Assembly (NCBI GenBank): GCA_050273025.1
Contig: CP158635.1
Location: 32,736,001 to 32,800,000, forward strand
Direction: 5' to 3'
Length of the DNA: 64,000 nt
Source of the DNA: Cenococcum geophilum
Taxonomy: Eukaryota
Position numbers and translations under genes: made by a program. Each line of letters opens with the position of its first letter. Position 1 is the stretch's first letter. Below, one piece after another: positions 1 through 13,400 of the stretch. The notes beneath the pieces are model-generated. The model did not search any database. It was not told where the DNA came from and worked only from the letters and a program-made list of their open reading frames with translations.

Positions 1-833
1 CTTAACTTTAGTAACTTAATAATAAAGTCCTATAATATGACCTCCTATAGTCTCTTTGGTATTTTAATAGGTTATAGCCCTCTATATAGCTTATGCCTTA
101 TTAGTTTATTTCTTTAGCAATTTAGATACTCCTTTATTACTTTTCTTGCGATATTTTAGATTCTATTAATAATATATTCCTTCTAGAGTCTTAACACTAA
201 GCCTATAGCTCTATTATATCCTTAAGTTAGTCCCTTATAGAAGTCTTCTATAAACTACTCTGCTATACTTCTTAGGATATACTTTACTTCTTAATTTTTG
301 TATATATCTATCTATAGATCTTCTAGCTATACTTCTAGAATTCTTTATACCTAAAAGTTTTCTAGTATCTTATAGACTCTTTCTAGTTCGTTATCCTCTT
401 AAGTTGCTATAATTTTTAGATAATTATACCTAATTAATCCGTCTATATCTTTTTGCAGTAAAGCCCCTAATAGCTTTTTATTATTTTATAGTTTAGCCTT
501 TTAACTTAGAGCGTCTGCTTACGTATTATCTATACCCTTAGTATACTAAATCTTAAAATGGTATTCTATAAGCATCTCTGCCTATCTAACCTATCTTTAG
601 TTAAGTTCCTTTATTATTAGGAATCCTATTAGGTTCTTATAATCTATCTTAACTATAAATAGTTTCTCTATACCTTATAAGAATACTCTCTATTTTTTTA
701 GTACTATAACTATACCTAATAACTCCTTATTATAGATGTTATAGTTTAACTCTAGTAGTATTATCTTCCAACTATAGTATACCACTAGGTGCTATCTATC
801 TTAATATTTCTATATAAAGTATACCCCTAGTAT

Positions 834-1065
834 TATGGTGGTGGACGCGGTCCCTCTTAGATAGGAAGTCACAATGCTGTCTATCTGTCGGTCGGTCGGT
901 CGGTTGGTCGTCAGTCATAATCAGTTAGTAGGAAAGCAGTCAGTAAGAAGAAAGGAAAGAATGTATTCCGGTAGGTCGTGCTAGGGAGAAGGAGAGAAGC
1001 CGAAGGCTTAATATATACAGGAAAATGCCAAGGCACTAAGTAGTGGCCCATTTTACCCCACCATA
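834..1065. mobile_element. Solo LTR of an unrelated family inserted in the RNase H region of family A copy 1
   Basis: 232-bp block absent from copy 2 (compare 13441-13465). Termini tatggtgg...ccaccata are an inverted pair (RIP form of TG...CA). Flanked by a duplicated gtat (830-833 and 1066-1069). Confidence 0.8.
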
Positions 1066-4000
1066 GTATAAAGTCTAATACATCTATTTCTATAACTATC
1101 TCTAAACCTAGTTAATAGATTTTAAAAACTAGCTCCTAGGTAAATAATTCTTTAACTCTCTTAAATAGCTTTTATTATTCCTTTCCCCATACTTATAGTT
1201 TCTCTTTCTTTATTAATCGCGTAAATGGTTTAATATCCTTTAACTATTGCGCTATAAACCTTCTGTAGTAATTGCGAAACCTTAAAAATAATTTTAACTA
1301 TATAACGTTCTCTAGTTCTTACCAATTTACTATAGCCTTAATCTTCTTTAGATCTATACTAAGTTGGCCTAGTTTAATAATAAATCTGACAAAATCGGTC
1401 TTCTTAGTAAAGAACTCGTATTTTTTAATTGCTACTAGCATCTGTTCCTCTTATAGTCTCTTTAAGACCTATTTAATATATTCCCCATATTCTTCCTTAG
1501 TTATTAAGTAGATAATAATATTATTAAGATATACTATAACAAATTTATCCAAGTATTCTTCTAATACGTTATTAATACGCTTCTAGAACGTTGCTAGTGC
1601 GTTTATAAGCCCGAATTGTATAACTAATGGTTTATATAGTCCTTCCTTTAACCTAAAGGCTGCCTTCTATTTATTGCCTTCCTTAATTCTAATCTAATAG
1701 TACGCCTATCTTAGATCTATCTTCGTAAAGATTTACGCGTTGCCTATCCTGTCTTAGATTTCGCTAATTAAGGGTAAAGGATATCTATCCTTTCTAGTAA
1801 TGCTGTTTAACTGCCTATAGTTAATACACAGCCTTAGTTTACTATTCTTTTTTTAGTATAAATAGTACTAAATAACCCGTTAATGACTATAATAGTCTAA
1901 TATATCCCTTTTATAAGTTCTCTTAGATAAACTCTTTTAGTGCTCTACCTTCTTCTTCGGTAAGCTTATAGATTGGAAAAAACCTTAGACTTATTCCTAG
2001 TTCCAATTCTATCTTATAGTCCTATACTACATACTTTAATAGCTTCTTACTTTTTAGTAACTATAGTTTCTTGCTATACTTATGATATCTCTTTAGTATA
2101 TAACTTAAGCCCTTTTCCGTTTCTTTATATATCGCTCCGGCTTAGTACTATACTAACTTGGCTTATTATTATATCTTATGGCGTTAAGTATCTCTAATAT
2201 TAACCTGACCTATAATCTAATCGATCTTTAGATTATATTCTTATAACTAAGGCATCCCTAATACTGCCTTATCCCGTCCTAATAGTAGGATATTAAAAGA
2301 CATCTTAATTTATCTTCCTTTAATAGTTATCTAAATAGGTCCTGTTTTAAGGTTAATAATCCCTCCTCTATAGGCTATTAGATCTCCTAAAATTATAACT
2401 AATAGGTAAAGTTACTCCTTCTATCTATAAGGTAGCCCTATTCTTTTAACTACTACTAGTAAAATATGGTTTTGTGTTGCTCTACTATTTATTAGCGCTT
2501 TAAACTGCTAATCTTACCATTTTACTTATAAATTTAGGTGTTGTTCTTAAATTCCTTTAAGGGTTTAAGGCTTTACTACTGGCTCCCTCTGGTCCCGTAG
2601 GCCTCTACTTTTTCTAACTATTAGCTACTTAATCCTTATATACTTAGCTTACTCTTTAGCTAATGCCTAGTTCGCTTTTTATTTTCTATATACCATAAAT
2701 ATATATTCTCTAGGTATTCCCACCACTATTATCTATTTAAGCATTCTTCCGTAAGGAATCTTCCTAGCTAAAGTATTAAATCTCCTTCCTCTTAGACTTC
2801 TGCTAGATGCTATTTATACATATATTTAGTATTTCTATACTATTGCTTATCTATTATCTAGTATATCCTTATAGGGTATTTCTAATTCTTTTCTTTTGGA
2901 TTCTTGTATATCTTATATATATCGTCTACATATACAATCTATAATAGCGTATAATGTGCTAGGTGCTTTAGGTTAACTTTTAGCTCGTCTTTATCCTTAA
3001 GTTTAAACCTTTATTATGCTAATCTAAACGTTATAACTTTGTTTATAGGTACTAAAATACGTCTCTTACTTCTCTAGTCCTCTAATCGTTCCTTTAAATC
3101 CTTTAACATTATAATTAAGGCTCCTTTAATGTGGGTTATAGCCTTTTCTGTAATTAGGTGGTCTTAGATAACTTTTTCATCTAACTATATATAGAAATCT
3201 TCCTACTTGTTATTATGTCGCTGTCTATACTACCTTTAGTATAGCTACTAAAGTATATACGGCTTGTCTATAAGGAAGTATCTTCTTATTACTATATCGT
3301 AATAGCCCTTTATGTGTTGTTTTTTAAACCTAGTAGGGATCTCTAGATCCTCTTTATCTTCCAGTTTAATAAGCTACTTAGCTCTTAGTGTGCCTATCCT
3401 AGGCCTATTAGTAATTCTTTATACTAGCGCTCTGTCCCTTATACGTCCTAATATACTAGATCTCTTATCTAGTTTCTGTTCTTGCTATACGATAATTCTT
3501 TACCTAAACTCTTCTATAGTTTCTTTTGATTTACGCCTTACGCTTAAATCCTTAAAGTTTTCCTACTTCTTAATCTTAGTATTAACTTTTTAATCTTTAG
3601 GCCGAACATTGCATTCTCCTAGTAAGTCTTCTAGGTCTATATACCTGTCTCCTAATCTAACTGCTGTTTATATTACAGATTCTCTAATCTATAAAGAAGC
3701 CTCTTACCTCTTACTTATAGGTGTCCTTATTTATACTCCGAATTCTTAACCCCTTAGATTCTTTAATTCTGAGCTTGCTTCCGTCTTAAGCTTAGCTCTA
3801 GCCTTAGTCTAACTAGGCTTACTTAGTGTTCTTATCTCGTCTTAAGAGTCTTAAATCTTACTTATCTCGTCTTAAGAGTTTTATACCTTTAGGAAACTTC
3901 GTCCTAAGCTTATTTATATATTACTAAACTAAGCCATTGCTCTACTCTATTAGTTATCGTCTATTGTGGGTCCTTAAGCTTATCTTATCTCGTCTTAAGA

Positions 4001-4885
4001 ATCTAGGTCTATTAGCTCTATGCCATACTATAGTTTTTAACTTAGCTTTAGTCGTTACGTGCTTTGCGCCTTATATAACTATAGAACTCTATCCTAGCCT
4101 CTCTTAGCCTGTTCCCTTTAGTAGATCCAATTATTAATCTTAATTACTTAATCTATTAGTTCCCTTAGGGTATCTATATCTTCTATTAGAATAATTACGT
4201 CTTAAACTTTAGCCTTAAGTCCTTGCTTATACTATACCATAAGCGCCCTATTATTCCACTCTACTTATATTGCTAACGTCTAGAACTATATTATATACTT
4301 TATTGCTAAGGTTCGTTACGTAATATCTTAGAGTTTTCTTTCCGCCGTAGTTACTGCCTTTGGGTCTCCAAATATTTATATAAGTCGCTCTATAAACCCT
4401 TCCTAGCTTAAGAATATAAATCGCACCTCTTAATTAGTGGTTGTTATTCTATTTACCTGTATTTCTATAAGGTAAGGCTTAAACCACTTAAGTGCTCTTC
4501 CTGACAGGAATAGTCCTACGTAGGCTATTCAATCTATAGGTGTTGCCAGCTTTGCTCCCTCTTGCGTAATCTTAAAATGCATTTATATAAGGAATCCTTT
4601 AAGCTTTAATCTCTCTCCTAAGTATCTTTTAATCGATAGTAACTTAACCTTTACTACTCTAATCCCGTTAATCCTATTTTCTAACATTACATTATTTTCT
4701 ATTAGCTAGTTAACTATCTCTTATAGTTATCTAACTGTTATAGGTTGCTATAAGTCAGTATTTGCTATACTAGTGTCGTTACCTAACCTTAAAGTAGTTG
4801 CCGCCGTTAATAATATTATAGTGGCTGCTTTTAGTGGCATGTTGTTTAACTTTCTATACTTAATACTATAACTAGGTAGTAATTA

Positions 4886-5309
4886 TGTAATGGAACCTTA
4901 TAGCAAGAACTATAATAGGCTTGTTATTAGGCTAGGTATATAGGTAATATAAGTTAAAGTTAACAACGTAATAATAACTGGTAGAGTGGTTGCCTAATAG
5001 ATTAACTCTAATTATATTCTAAGAATTACTATAAGGAAGGAACTATCTAGGTAGGGACTAAGGGTCCTTAAATATACAACTGTACTCCTATAAAATCCTT
5101 CTTATATATAATATACGTGTACTCTATCTACTCTGTTATAGATCCTATAGATTATATAGATTACACAGATCACATTATATGACCTTAGTTACCATTCCTC
5201 GTCACATAGTTCTATCGGCTCCATCCTAGACCGTGCTTAAATCAACTAACTAGCTTCTTCCGTCTCTTCTCTAAGTAGTCGTAATATCGTACTTAAAGCG
5301 TCTGTAACA
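4886..5309 (-). repeat. Family A LTR (424 bp)
   Basis: tgtaatggaacc...gtctgtaaca. Homologous to 10445-10870, 17997-18421, 41455-41877 and 48982-49404. Confidence 0.92.
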
Positions 5310-8300
5310 CAACTGGTATACCTTTCTTATCGTCCCACCCTTAGTTAGATTGGCTATAGAGCTCCTTCCACACCTTCTAATCTTTCTTATAAGTGTCGTG
5401 CTTACTTTTAATCTGTTTTAAAGTAACTAGGTATTAAATCGCCGCCTATACGCCTTTTAGAGCTATCTCCTATCCCTCCTTCTTATATAAGCTATCTGCA
5501 CGAAGCCCTCTATATACGGCCTGCACGAGGCCCTAAAGCATAGCCTCTTCCATCTTAAGAGTCCAATTAATACGCGACTTCCTTAACCTCGCCCGTGTTA
5601 AATATTGGTCTGCAGGTGGGGTGCTTTCTAGCGACTGGCAACGCGTAGGCGTCCGCGTAGATCGTGTAGAGGGAGGATTAATAGCACAAGCAGAGGTAGT
5701 AGTAGTCGGCGCTATAGTAAAACACCAAAATCGGAAGCTGGCGATAGAGGTTCGCTAGTAGGTTCGTTCTGGCTATAAGTAGTAATTAATGTGGGTAGAG
5801 ACTTTGCTAATATTAAGCCTTATCTAAGGCTTTCTGGAGCGGTTAACTGAACACTCGGCTTTAGATTAGATTGAGTACAACTACCAGATTAAGCGCCGCT
5901 AAATATCTACTAGTTGACGCCGGTGGAAGCACGGAGCAACCTTAGATTGAAAAAACCTTAGATTGCAACAGAACACTCCCTAAGTCCTATACGTAACCCC
6001 TATAGCAACTCCTGTATAAAAGTATACCCCTATAGACAAACTAGCCAGAAGTGCTTTATATATAGTAAGGAAGGATATTAGTTTATAAAGCATACCTAGG
6101 AAGAACGTAATAAGTCTAAGAAGAGATTTAATAATTAGATTAACTAGTTTATCTTAAACTATAAAGGAGAGGAAGTAAAGGAGTCTCTTAATAAGTTAAT
6201 AGAAGCCCTTATAATTAACTTTAACTTAGATACTTAGGAATAGGAGACCTTAAAGATGTTCCTAACTACTTTTAAACCTTTTATAGATGGCTAAGCCTTT
6301 AATATTACTACCGTATTAACCGACCGCTCCTTTATATATTTAATCGCACTTAAAAACTAACCTATAAGTATACCTATTAGACCTATTACGGACGTTATAG
6401 ACCGCGAATAGGACCTATTTGCATATATTACTATAGAACGCTATACCCCTAAAGAATTTTATGGCGTTATAATTAATATAGGTGCCTTTAAGAAGTTTAC
6501 TATAGGTTACGGATAATACCTTATATATAAGACCACTATAAATAATAATATAGATATTAATACTATATAAACTGGGGCCGTAAACGTCTAATTTGGCATT
6601 AGCTTAACCGCATTAATTAGATTAGTTGTAGTTAAGACCCTAATTAGCCTAGTTAACTTCAATGTAGTAAAAGTAAATACCCCTTTTTTACTTTATCTCA
6701 CGGACATGGATAGGTTATAGGTTTACCATAATAATATTATAGACACCGTAATTGGCCCCGTAACTGCCCTAAGAAGCAAGTATATTACCCTACTAATTGT
6801 ATAACGATTTAGACATCTGTTTCTTATATAGGGAGAGACTTTACAGACCTATATTTAGGAATCTTTTAACTATAACCCATGCTACCTTACCAGTACTAAA
6901 ATCTACTGCCTATACTGCTGTTTTAGCTACCTGTTAGTCGAAAAGCTATATAGAGTCCTTAAACGCTTTAGATATAACGACGTTAATAGGAAGGCAATTA
7001 ACTACTTAACTAAATACTGCTCCTTTTACTAGAAATACAGACGTTTCCTAGGCCGATTTAAGTTTACTCTTTATAAAGACCTTAATTTTAACCACTTAAT
7101 GTACGTAGATATTATGTATATTAACAGCAGCCTAGTATCATATATAATTAACGAGGTAACCCGCTATTAAGCCGCCTATTAGTTATAAAATATATCTATA
7201 AAATATACTTAGGATATTTTACGAACCTGCTAGATTAATATATATGTTAGACCCCCTAAGTATATTACCTATAACGCTAGTAGGAACTTTATTAGTAAGG
7301 AATTCCAATAGTATACTATAGCTATAGCTATTTTAATAAAAGCCGTTCTAGTTAAGGCGTACTAGTCTATTAGGCTTATTAAGCGAGCTTACCTAGCTCT
7401 ATAAAGAGCTTACTAGATTATTACGGATAAGTATAAGGATATTTAAAAGGAACTAGCTTTATAGATAGCCGTAAAAGCCGATAATAACACCGCTAGCCCT
7501 AATAGACTAATACCTACCCTCCTAGTTTACGGAGCCTACTTAAGAATAAGTAAACTAGACCCTTCTGCCCCGTCTATTATGGATTAAGCAACTATAATAT
7601 AAAAGGCAATAGCCGAAATAGTTAAATTACAGGCTAAATAAACTATTAATAACGCCCTATACTACTGCAACGGACCTAATATAACCTTAGTTTATGACCT
7701 CCCGCTTAATTCTAAAGTCCTTATATAGCGTAAGAGCGGTAATTAGACTGGACCTTATTATTTACTAGCTATAGAAGACAAAACGTACTGCGTATAACTC
7801 TCTAGCGGACTAACTAGCTTTAGAAGCACGTCCGTAAAACCCTATTTTCGGTCCAAAAATACCTATAATGTTAAACTAGACAAACTAAAAGCACCTACCA
7901 AACTAAATAAACTGGAAATACCCTTACCTACCCTAGAAGTCCCCTGTAAACTTACTAAACCTACTAAACCTACTATAAAGCATAGCCGAGGACGCCCCTA
8001 AAAGTACCCTATAACTAAAAACCCCGTAATAAAGAATTACTTAACCTCTGTAGGCACATCCGTAAGGCAACCCCCGCCTATAGATATATTAGTTCTAGTA
8101 TAGGAAACCCCTTTTACGGACTTATAACATAAAGAGATTAACAGACTTTTTAAAAAGGGCGTCTTTATAGTTATAACGGAGAGAGACGTTCCACAAGGCG
8201 CCCGTATATTTAACTTACGCTTTATTAATAAAATTAAGCACCCTAGTACTAATAAAGCCTTTAAAAAATTAAGGCTTGTTATATAAGCTTATAATAACTA

Positions 8301-10050
8301 AGAAAAGGACTTAGTCCTTATATAATTGCCTATAATTTAATGGGTTAGTTAACGGATTATACTTATACTTACGCCTAGACTATAGCAAACTAAACCTATA
8401 GCCCTCTACTTACGGGATATCTTATAAGCCTATATATAGTCTAATACCTACCTAAGTAGAGATATCTTTATATAACTACCCCTTAAGCTTAATTTGTAAC
8501 TAGGAATAATTTTATAGGTTATAAAACCACTTTACAGAGTACCGGAAGCTAAAAACTACTAGTTTAAGGCGTATTACTAGCATTACATCTATAAACTTAG
8601 GATAGAGTAGTTAACCTATAACCCCTGCCTTCTATATACCCTATTAAACGGCCTTAGTATTATTAGACTCTAAATAGATAATACTCTCTTTTTAGCGGAC
8701 CGGACCTTTGCGGACGCTAAAGAGACTAAACTATAAAAAGCTAAGTTCTTAGTAAAGCCGTAAGAGTAGTTAACTAAGTAGACTCTAATTAAGTTTAACA
8801 GAGGCTTAATTATATAAAAGGGCAACCTAATCTAGCTAACTTAGGAACGCTAAGCTTAAAACCTAAGGCTTATTATAGTAAAGCCTACGGACCTTACTAG
8901 TTCCTATAAAGAGACCTATAAGACTATAAATATAAAGGACTAATACGTTATATAGTGTGTAAGAGGCGCCTATATTACCACAGTCTATTAACCTAAATTT
9001 GCCTATAATTTATCCTTTGCGGCCTAGGCAATAGATCTATAAAAGGAAAATATTAAGCAGCTTAATAAGCGTATTTAGTGGCAAATTAATAATATAATAA
9101 GAGAACTTACTTTTATACCACTAGACCTAAATTCCTTTAGCGTAATAGTATTTATAGACGCCTCCTTCGCTAATAATAGAGACCTATTATTATAAATTGG
9201 CTTTATAATTGTACTTATAAACCGTAATTAGGACGTAAACATACTATATTAGTCTTTAATTAAATATAAATAGGTAACCCGCAGCGTACTAGCTTTTAAA
9301 CTATATGTACTAGCCTATAACTTTAATATAGGAGCCGTAATTAAGTTAATAATCTAGAAGATCCTATAATTGGAGCAATTACCCCTAGTCCTATACACCG
9401 ATTTAAGGTCCCTTTACGACTGTATAGTTAAACTAGGTACGATATAGAAGAAGAGGCTTATAATTAACCTAATGTGCCTATATTAGGCCTATAAACGACG
9501 TAAGATTATAGAGGTTAAATGGATTAGCAGTAAAGACAACTTAGTAGACGCTATAACTAAGGCAAAGCCGTGCTAAGCTCTTAAACCCCTAATTAATATA
9601 AATAAGCTTAACCTAAGGGTTATAGAATAGGTGGAACGAGACTAACGGAGCACTTATGGTTTATTTATGGCCCGTTAGAAAGCCGTACGGTTTATTTTAC
9701 GGACCGTAAGTAGGACTTACGGCCAGCTTAGAATACCATTTAAAAGGCAGTCCAGAAAGCACCTTAAGAGGGATTTCCTATGTATTTCTTTTGTATTTTA
9801 CGGCTCTGTTAAAGCGATTACGGAGGTTATATATAATTAAGTTATTTTTAAGTGCCGCCAGTGTATAATTATAGCACGTGGTATACCAAACGCGTAGTTA
9901 CGCGTTTGGTGCACTAACTACTTAGGTACTAACTAATTAGGGGGAGGCGCGTCAGTATATAGACTACGTAGTCTACCTTAATAGAATTAAAAGTTACCAC
10001 TATCTAAAAGAGCATATAATACTATACATATTTCGTGCCCCTGGATATAA
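5310..10050 (+). mobile_element. Ty1/Copia-type retroelement (RIP-inactivated; 5' end interrupted by family A copy 1)
   Basis: Back-translating RIP changes gives protease FYGVMIDTGA (~6460-6490), then integrase, then RT with KSRLVIQAY (~8265-8290) and LQTDDTL (~8665-8690), then RNase H with TDSRSLYDC...EKRLMIDLMC...NPADAMTK (~9395-9560). This is the Copia domain order. A probable 3' LTR starts at tgtataatt (9862); its right end is approximate. Confidence 0.82.
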
Positions 10051-10444
10051 CTTAATTATATTATTAAATTGATACAAACATAGATAAATAGTATAAAGTA
10101 GAGGGAATAATAGAGGTATGGTTAAAATATATAGAAAAAACTTAAAGGGTTAATCTTATAATTAAATATAAGGCTATTACTAAAATATAAAAAGAGATTA
10201 CTAAACAGCGTAACTATATACACCATTTAAACGCTATTACTACCTTTAATAATACTATAAGAATAAAAAGTATAATATTATATACTGTCTTAAATTTAAA
10301 TTAAAGTACTACCTAATATAACCCTACTATTTAGCGCGTTAATTAAAAGTAATAGAATAGAAAAAAGCTACACTTAATATATTAGGTCTATCTTTACTAT
10401 TAAGGATTAAGTATAGTAAATACCTATAAAATAAGGAGGATAAA

Positions 10445-13400
10445 TATAACGGAACCTTGTAGCAGGAACTACAATAGGCTCGTTAATAGGCTAGGTGTGT
10501 AGGAAATGCAAGTACGGAAGTCAACAACGTAATAATAACTAGTGGAGTGGTTGCCTAATAGATTAACTCTAATTATATTCTGAGAATTACTATAAAGAAG
10601 GAACTATCTAGGTAGGGACTAAGGGTCCTTAAATATACAACCGTACTCTTATAAAATCCTCCTTATATATAATATACGTGTACTTTATCTACTCTATTAC
10701 GGATTATATAGATCCTATAGATTATATAGATTATATTATATAACCTTAGTTACTATTCTTTATTATATAGTTCTATTAGCTTTATTTTAGACTATACCTA
10801 AATTAACTAACTAGTTTCTTTTAACTTTTCCCTAAGTAGTTATAACATTGTACTTAAAGCGTCCGTAACACCATCTCCCTCCTTTTTATTTTCGTCCTTA
10901 AAGATTTAAAATATCTCTAAGTTATTTATTAGAGGTGTAATATCTATTTATTTAATTTGGTTAATATTGTTACTTATTATACCTAAAGTAATTTCTTCGT
11001 CCTTAACTGCTTGTCGTGCTCGCACCGTTGCTGCGATATTATCTCTTGGTAAGATTATACCGTCTCTATATTCTCGCTGTTTAAAAGAAGGGCTAGTTTA
11101 TATTATATTAGCGAACCTATCTTTATAACAACTGTTCTCTTACTTAGAGTATACTAAAGTAAATATTTGTTTATCCTATAACGTTTACTCTATCTTTAAT
11201 GCTAAATATATATAACCTATTACTTTTAATAGTCGTCTAGTTCCCTAATTAATTTATTTTAGGATTTTATATTTAATCTGCTGCTACGTAGCTAAATAAT
11301 AAACTATCTATTGCTTTAGCGGAATTGCGCCGTTTCTGTAATACTAAATAGGAGGCTGCTAATGCTTAGCAACGGGCCCTTAAGTCTTATCTTGCGGCGT
11401 CTGCTTAGTTAATCCGTCTTAAGAAGGTATATAAGAAGGTTTGTTTTAAGGAGTAAAAACTTATAAAATAAGGTTTATAGGAACTTAATAATAAAAAAAC
11501 GGACTCTCTTCTAATAGAGAAGGAAATAGATTTAAGTAGTTTAGTAACTACTTTTTTTAGGTCCCTTTTAGGTGACTTATTCTTTGGCGATTTTTTTTAT
11601 TAATACTACCTAACCTAATCTCTTTTAATACTCCTATACCTTTTCTATAGCGTTTTTTAAAATTTCTAGTAGTTCCTAGGTAGTCTTAGTATAGCCTATT
11701 TACTTAATCTTATACTATATTTTATTATTAATGTCCTTATAACTAATAATCTTTAAAACTTACTATTTATCTTCCTCCTATCCTCTATATATGTCTACCT
11801 TATAAACTAGTGGCTTAATATTTCCGTATACTAGCTTTAGTATTACGATATACTATATAAGGTAAATCTTTATTTTAGCTAGTAGGTTTAACTTAAATAT
11901 AACTGGTAAAATCTTTTATATAATTTTAAAAGGTCCTAGTCTAATATAGTTTAACTTCTTACTTAGTTGTCAACTCTTAAAAATTTTATGTAGTAGCTAT
12001 ACTTTATCTCCCTCCTTAAGATCTAGTCCCTTAGATCTCTTAGCATTATAGTACTTTTTTATTCTCTTTTATACTTTTTTTACTAATTCTATAAGGTCTA
12101 TATAAAGATTTATTAACGTCTTTATCCTTTCTTTAGCTATGCTACTTATTTTCTTTACTTACTATAGTAATAATAATGTTCTTAGCTTATATTTATAATT
12201 TGCCTTAAATAGTAATATGCCTATTCCTTCTTAAGGTGTTATATTATATATAAACTATATAACTAATAATAGCAATACCTAATTATTCTGTATATAATTA
12301 ATATAATACCTTAAATACTGTTCTAGCGTTTAATTTAATCTTTTTATTTAACCGTCTGTCTATAAATAATATATGGTAAAAGTTACTACTTAAACTCCTT
12401 ACTCTGCTAAGAATACTTTCTAGAATACTGCTATAAATCTTAGATCTCTATCTAATATAATCTTACTTAGTGCTCCGTATCTCGCGAATACTTCTTTAAT
12501 ATAGATTTTAGCGATATCTTCTATGGATATCTCTTCTGTATATGCTATAAAGTATCCCTACTTTATAAGCTTATCTACTATTACTAGGATTATATTATAA
12601 TCTTATCCGGTAATAGGGTCTCTTAACTTTAGTAACTTAATAATAAAGTCCTATAATATAACCTCCTATAGTCTCTCTGGTATTTTAATAGGTTATAGCC
12701 CTCCGTATAGCTTATGCCTTATTAGTTTATTTCTTTAGCAATTTAGATACTCCTTTATTACTTTTTATGCAATATTTTAAATTCTATTAATAATATACTT
12801 TTTCTAAAGTCTTAACACTAAGCCTATAGCTCCGTTATGTCCTTAAGTTAGTCCCTTATAGAAGTCCTCTATAAACTAATCTGCTATACTTCTTAGGATA
12901 TACTTTACTTCTTAATTTTTGTATATATCCGTCTATAGATTTTCTAGTTATACTTTTAGAATTCTTTATACCTAAAAGCTCTTTAGTATCTTATAAACTT
13001 TTTCTAGTTTATTATCTTCCTAAGTTGCTATAATTTTTAAATAATTATACCTAATTAATCCGTCTATATCTTTTTGCAGTAAAGCCCCTAATAGCTTTTC
13101 GTTATTTTATAGTTTAGCTTTTTAACTTAGAGCGTCTGCTTATATATTATCTATACCCTTAGTATACTAAATCTTAAAATGGTATTTTATAAGCATCTCT
13201 ACCCATCTAACCTATCTTTAGTTAAGTTCCTTTATTATTAGAAATCCTATTAGGTTCTTATAATCCGTTTTAACTATAAATAGTTTCTCTATACCTTATA
13301 AGAATGCTTTCTATTTTTTTAATGCTATAACTATACCTAATAACTCCTTATTATAGATGTTATAGTTTAACTCTAGTAGTATTATCCTCTAACTATAGTA

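Larger units (their letters stand above)
1..5309 (-). mobile_element. Ty3/Gypsy LTR retrotransposon, family A copy 1 (RIP-inactivated; 3' part runs off the window)
   Basis: Collinear with 12620-18421 and reverse-complement collinear with 41455-47250. Minus-strand remnants of gag, protease, RT (YLDD-like near 1515-1530), RNase H and integrase, all with TAA/TAG stops. 5' LTR at 4886-5309. Confidence 0.93.

Noticed and set aside
1272..3593. Short plus-strand ORFs (79, 74 and 93 aa)
   Set aside because: Antisense to RIPed Gypsy pol/gag; Leu/Ile/Tyr/Ser-rich artefacts of AT-rich DNA.
10051..10444. AT-rich stretch between the Copia-type element and family A copy 2
   Set aside because: Heavily RIPed with no recognisable motif; left unassigned.
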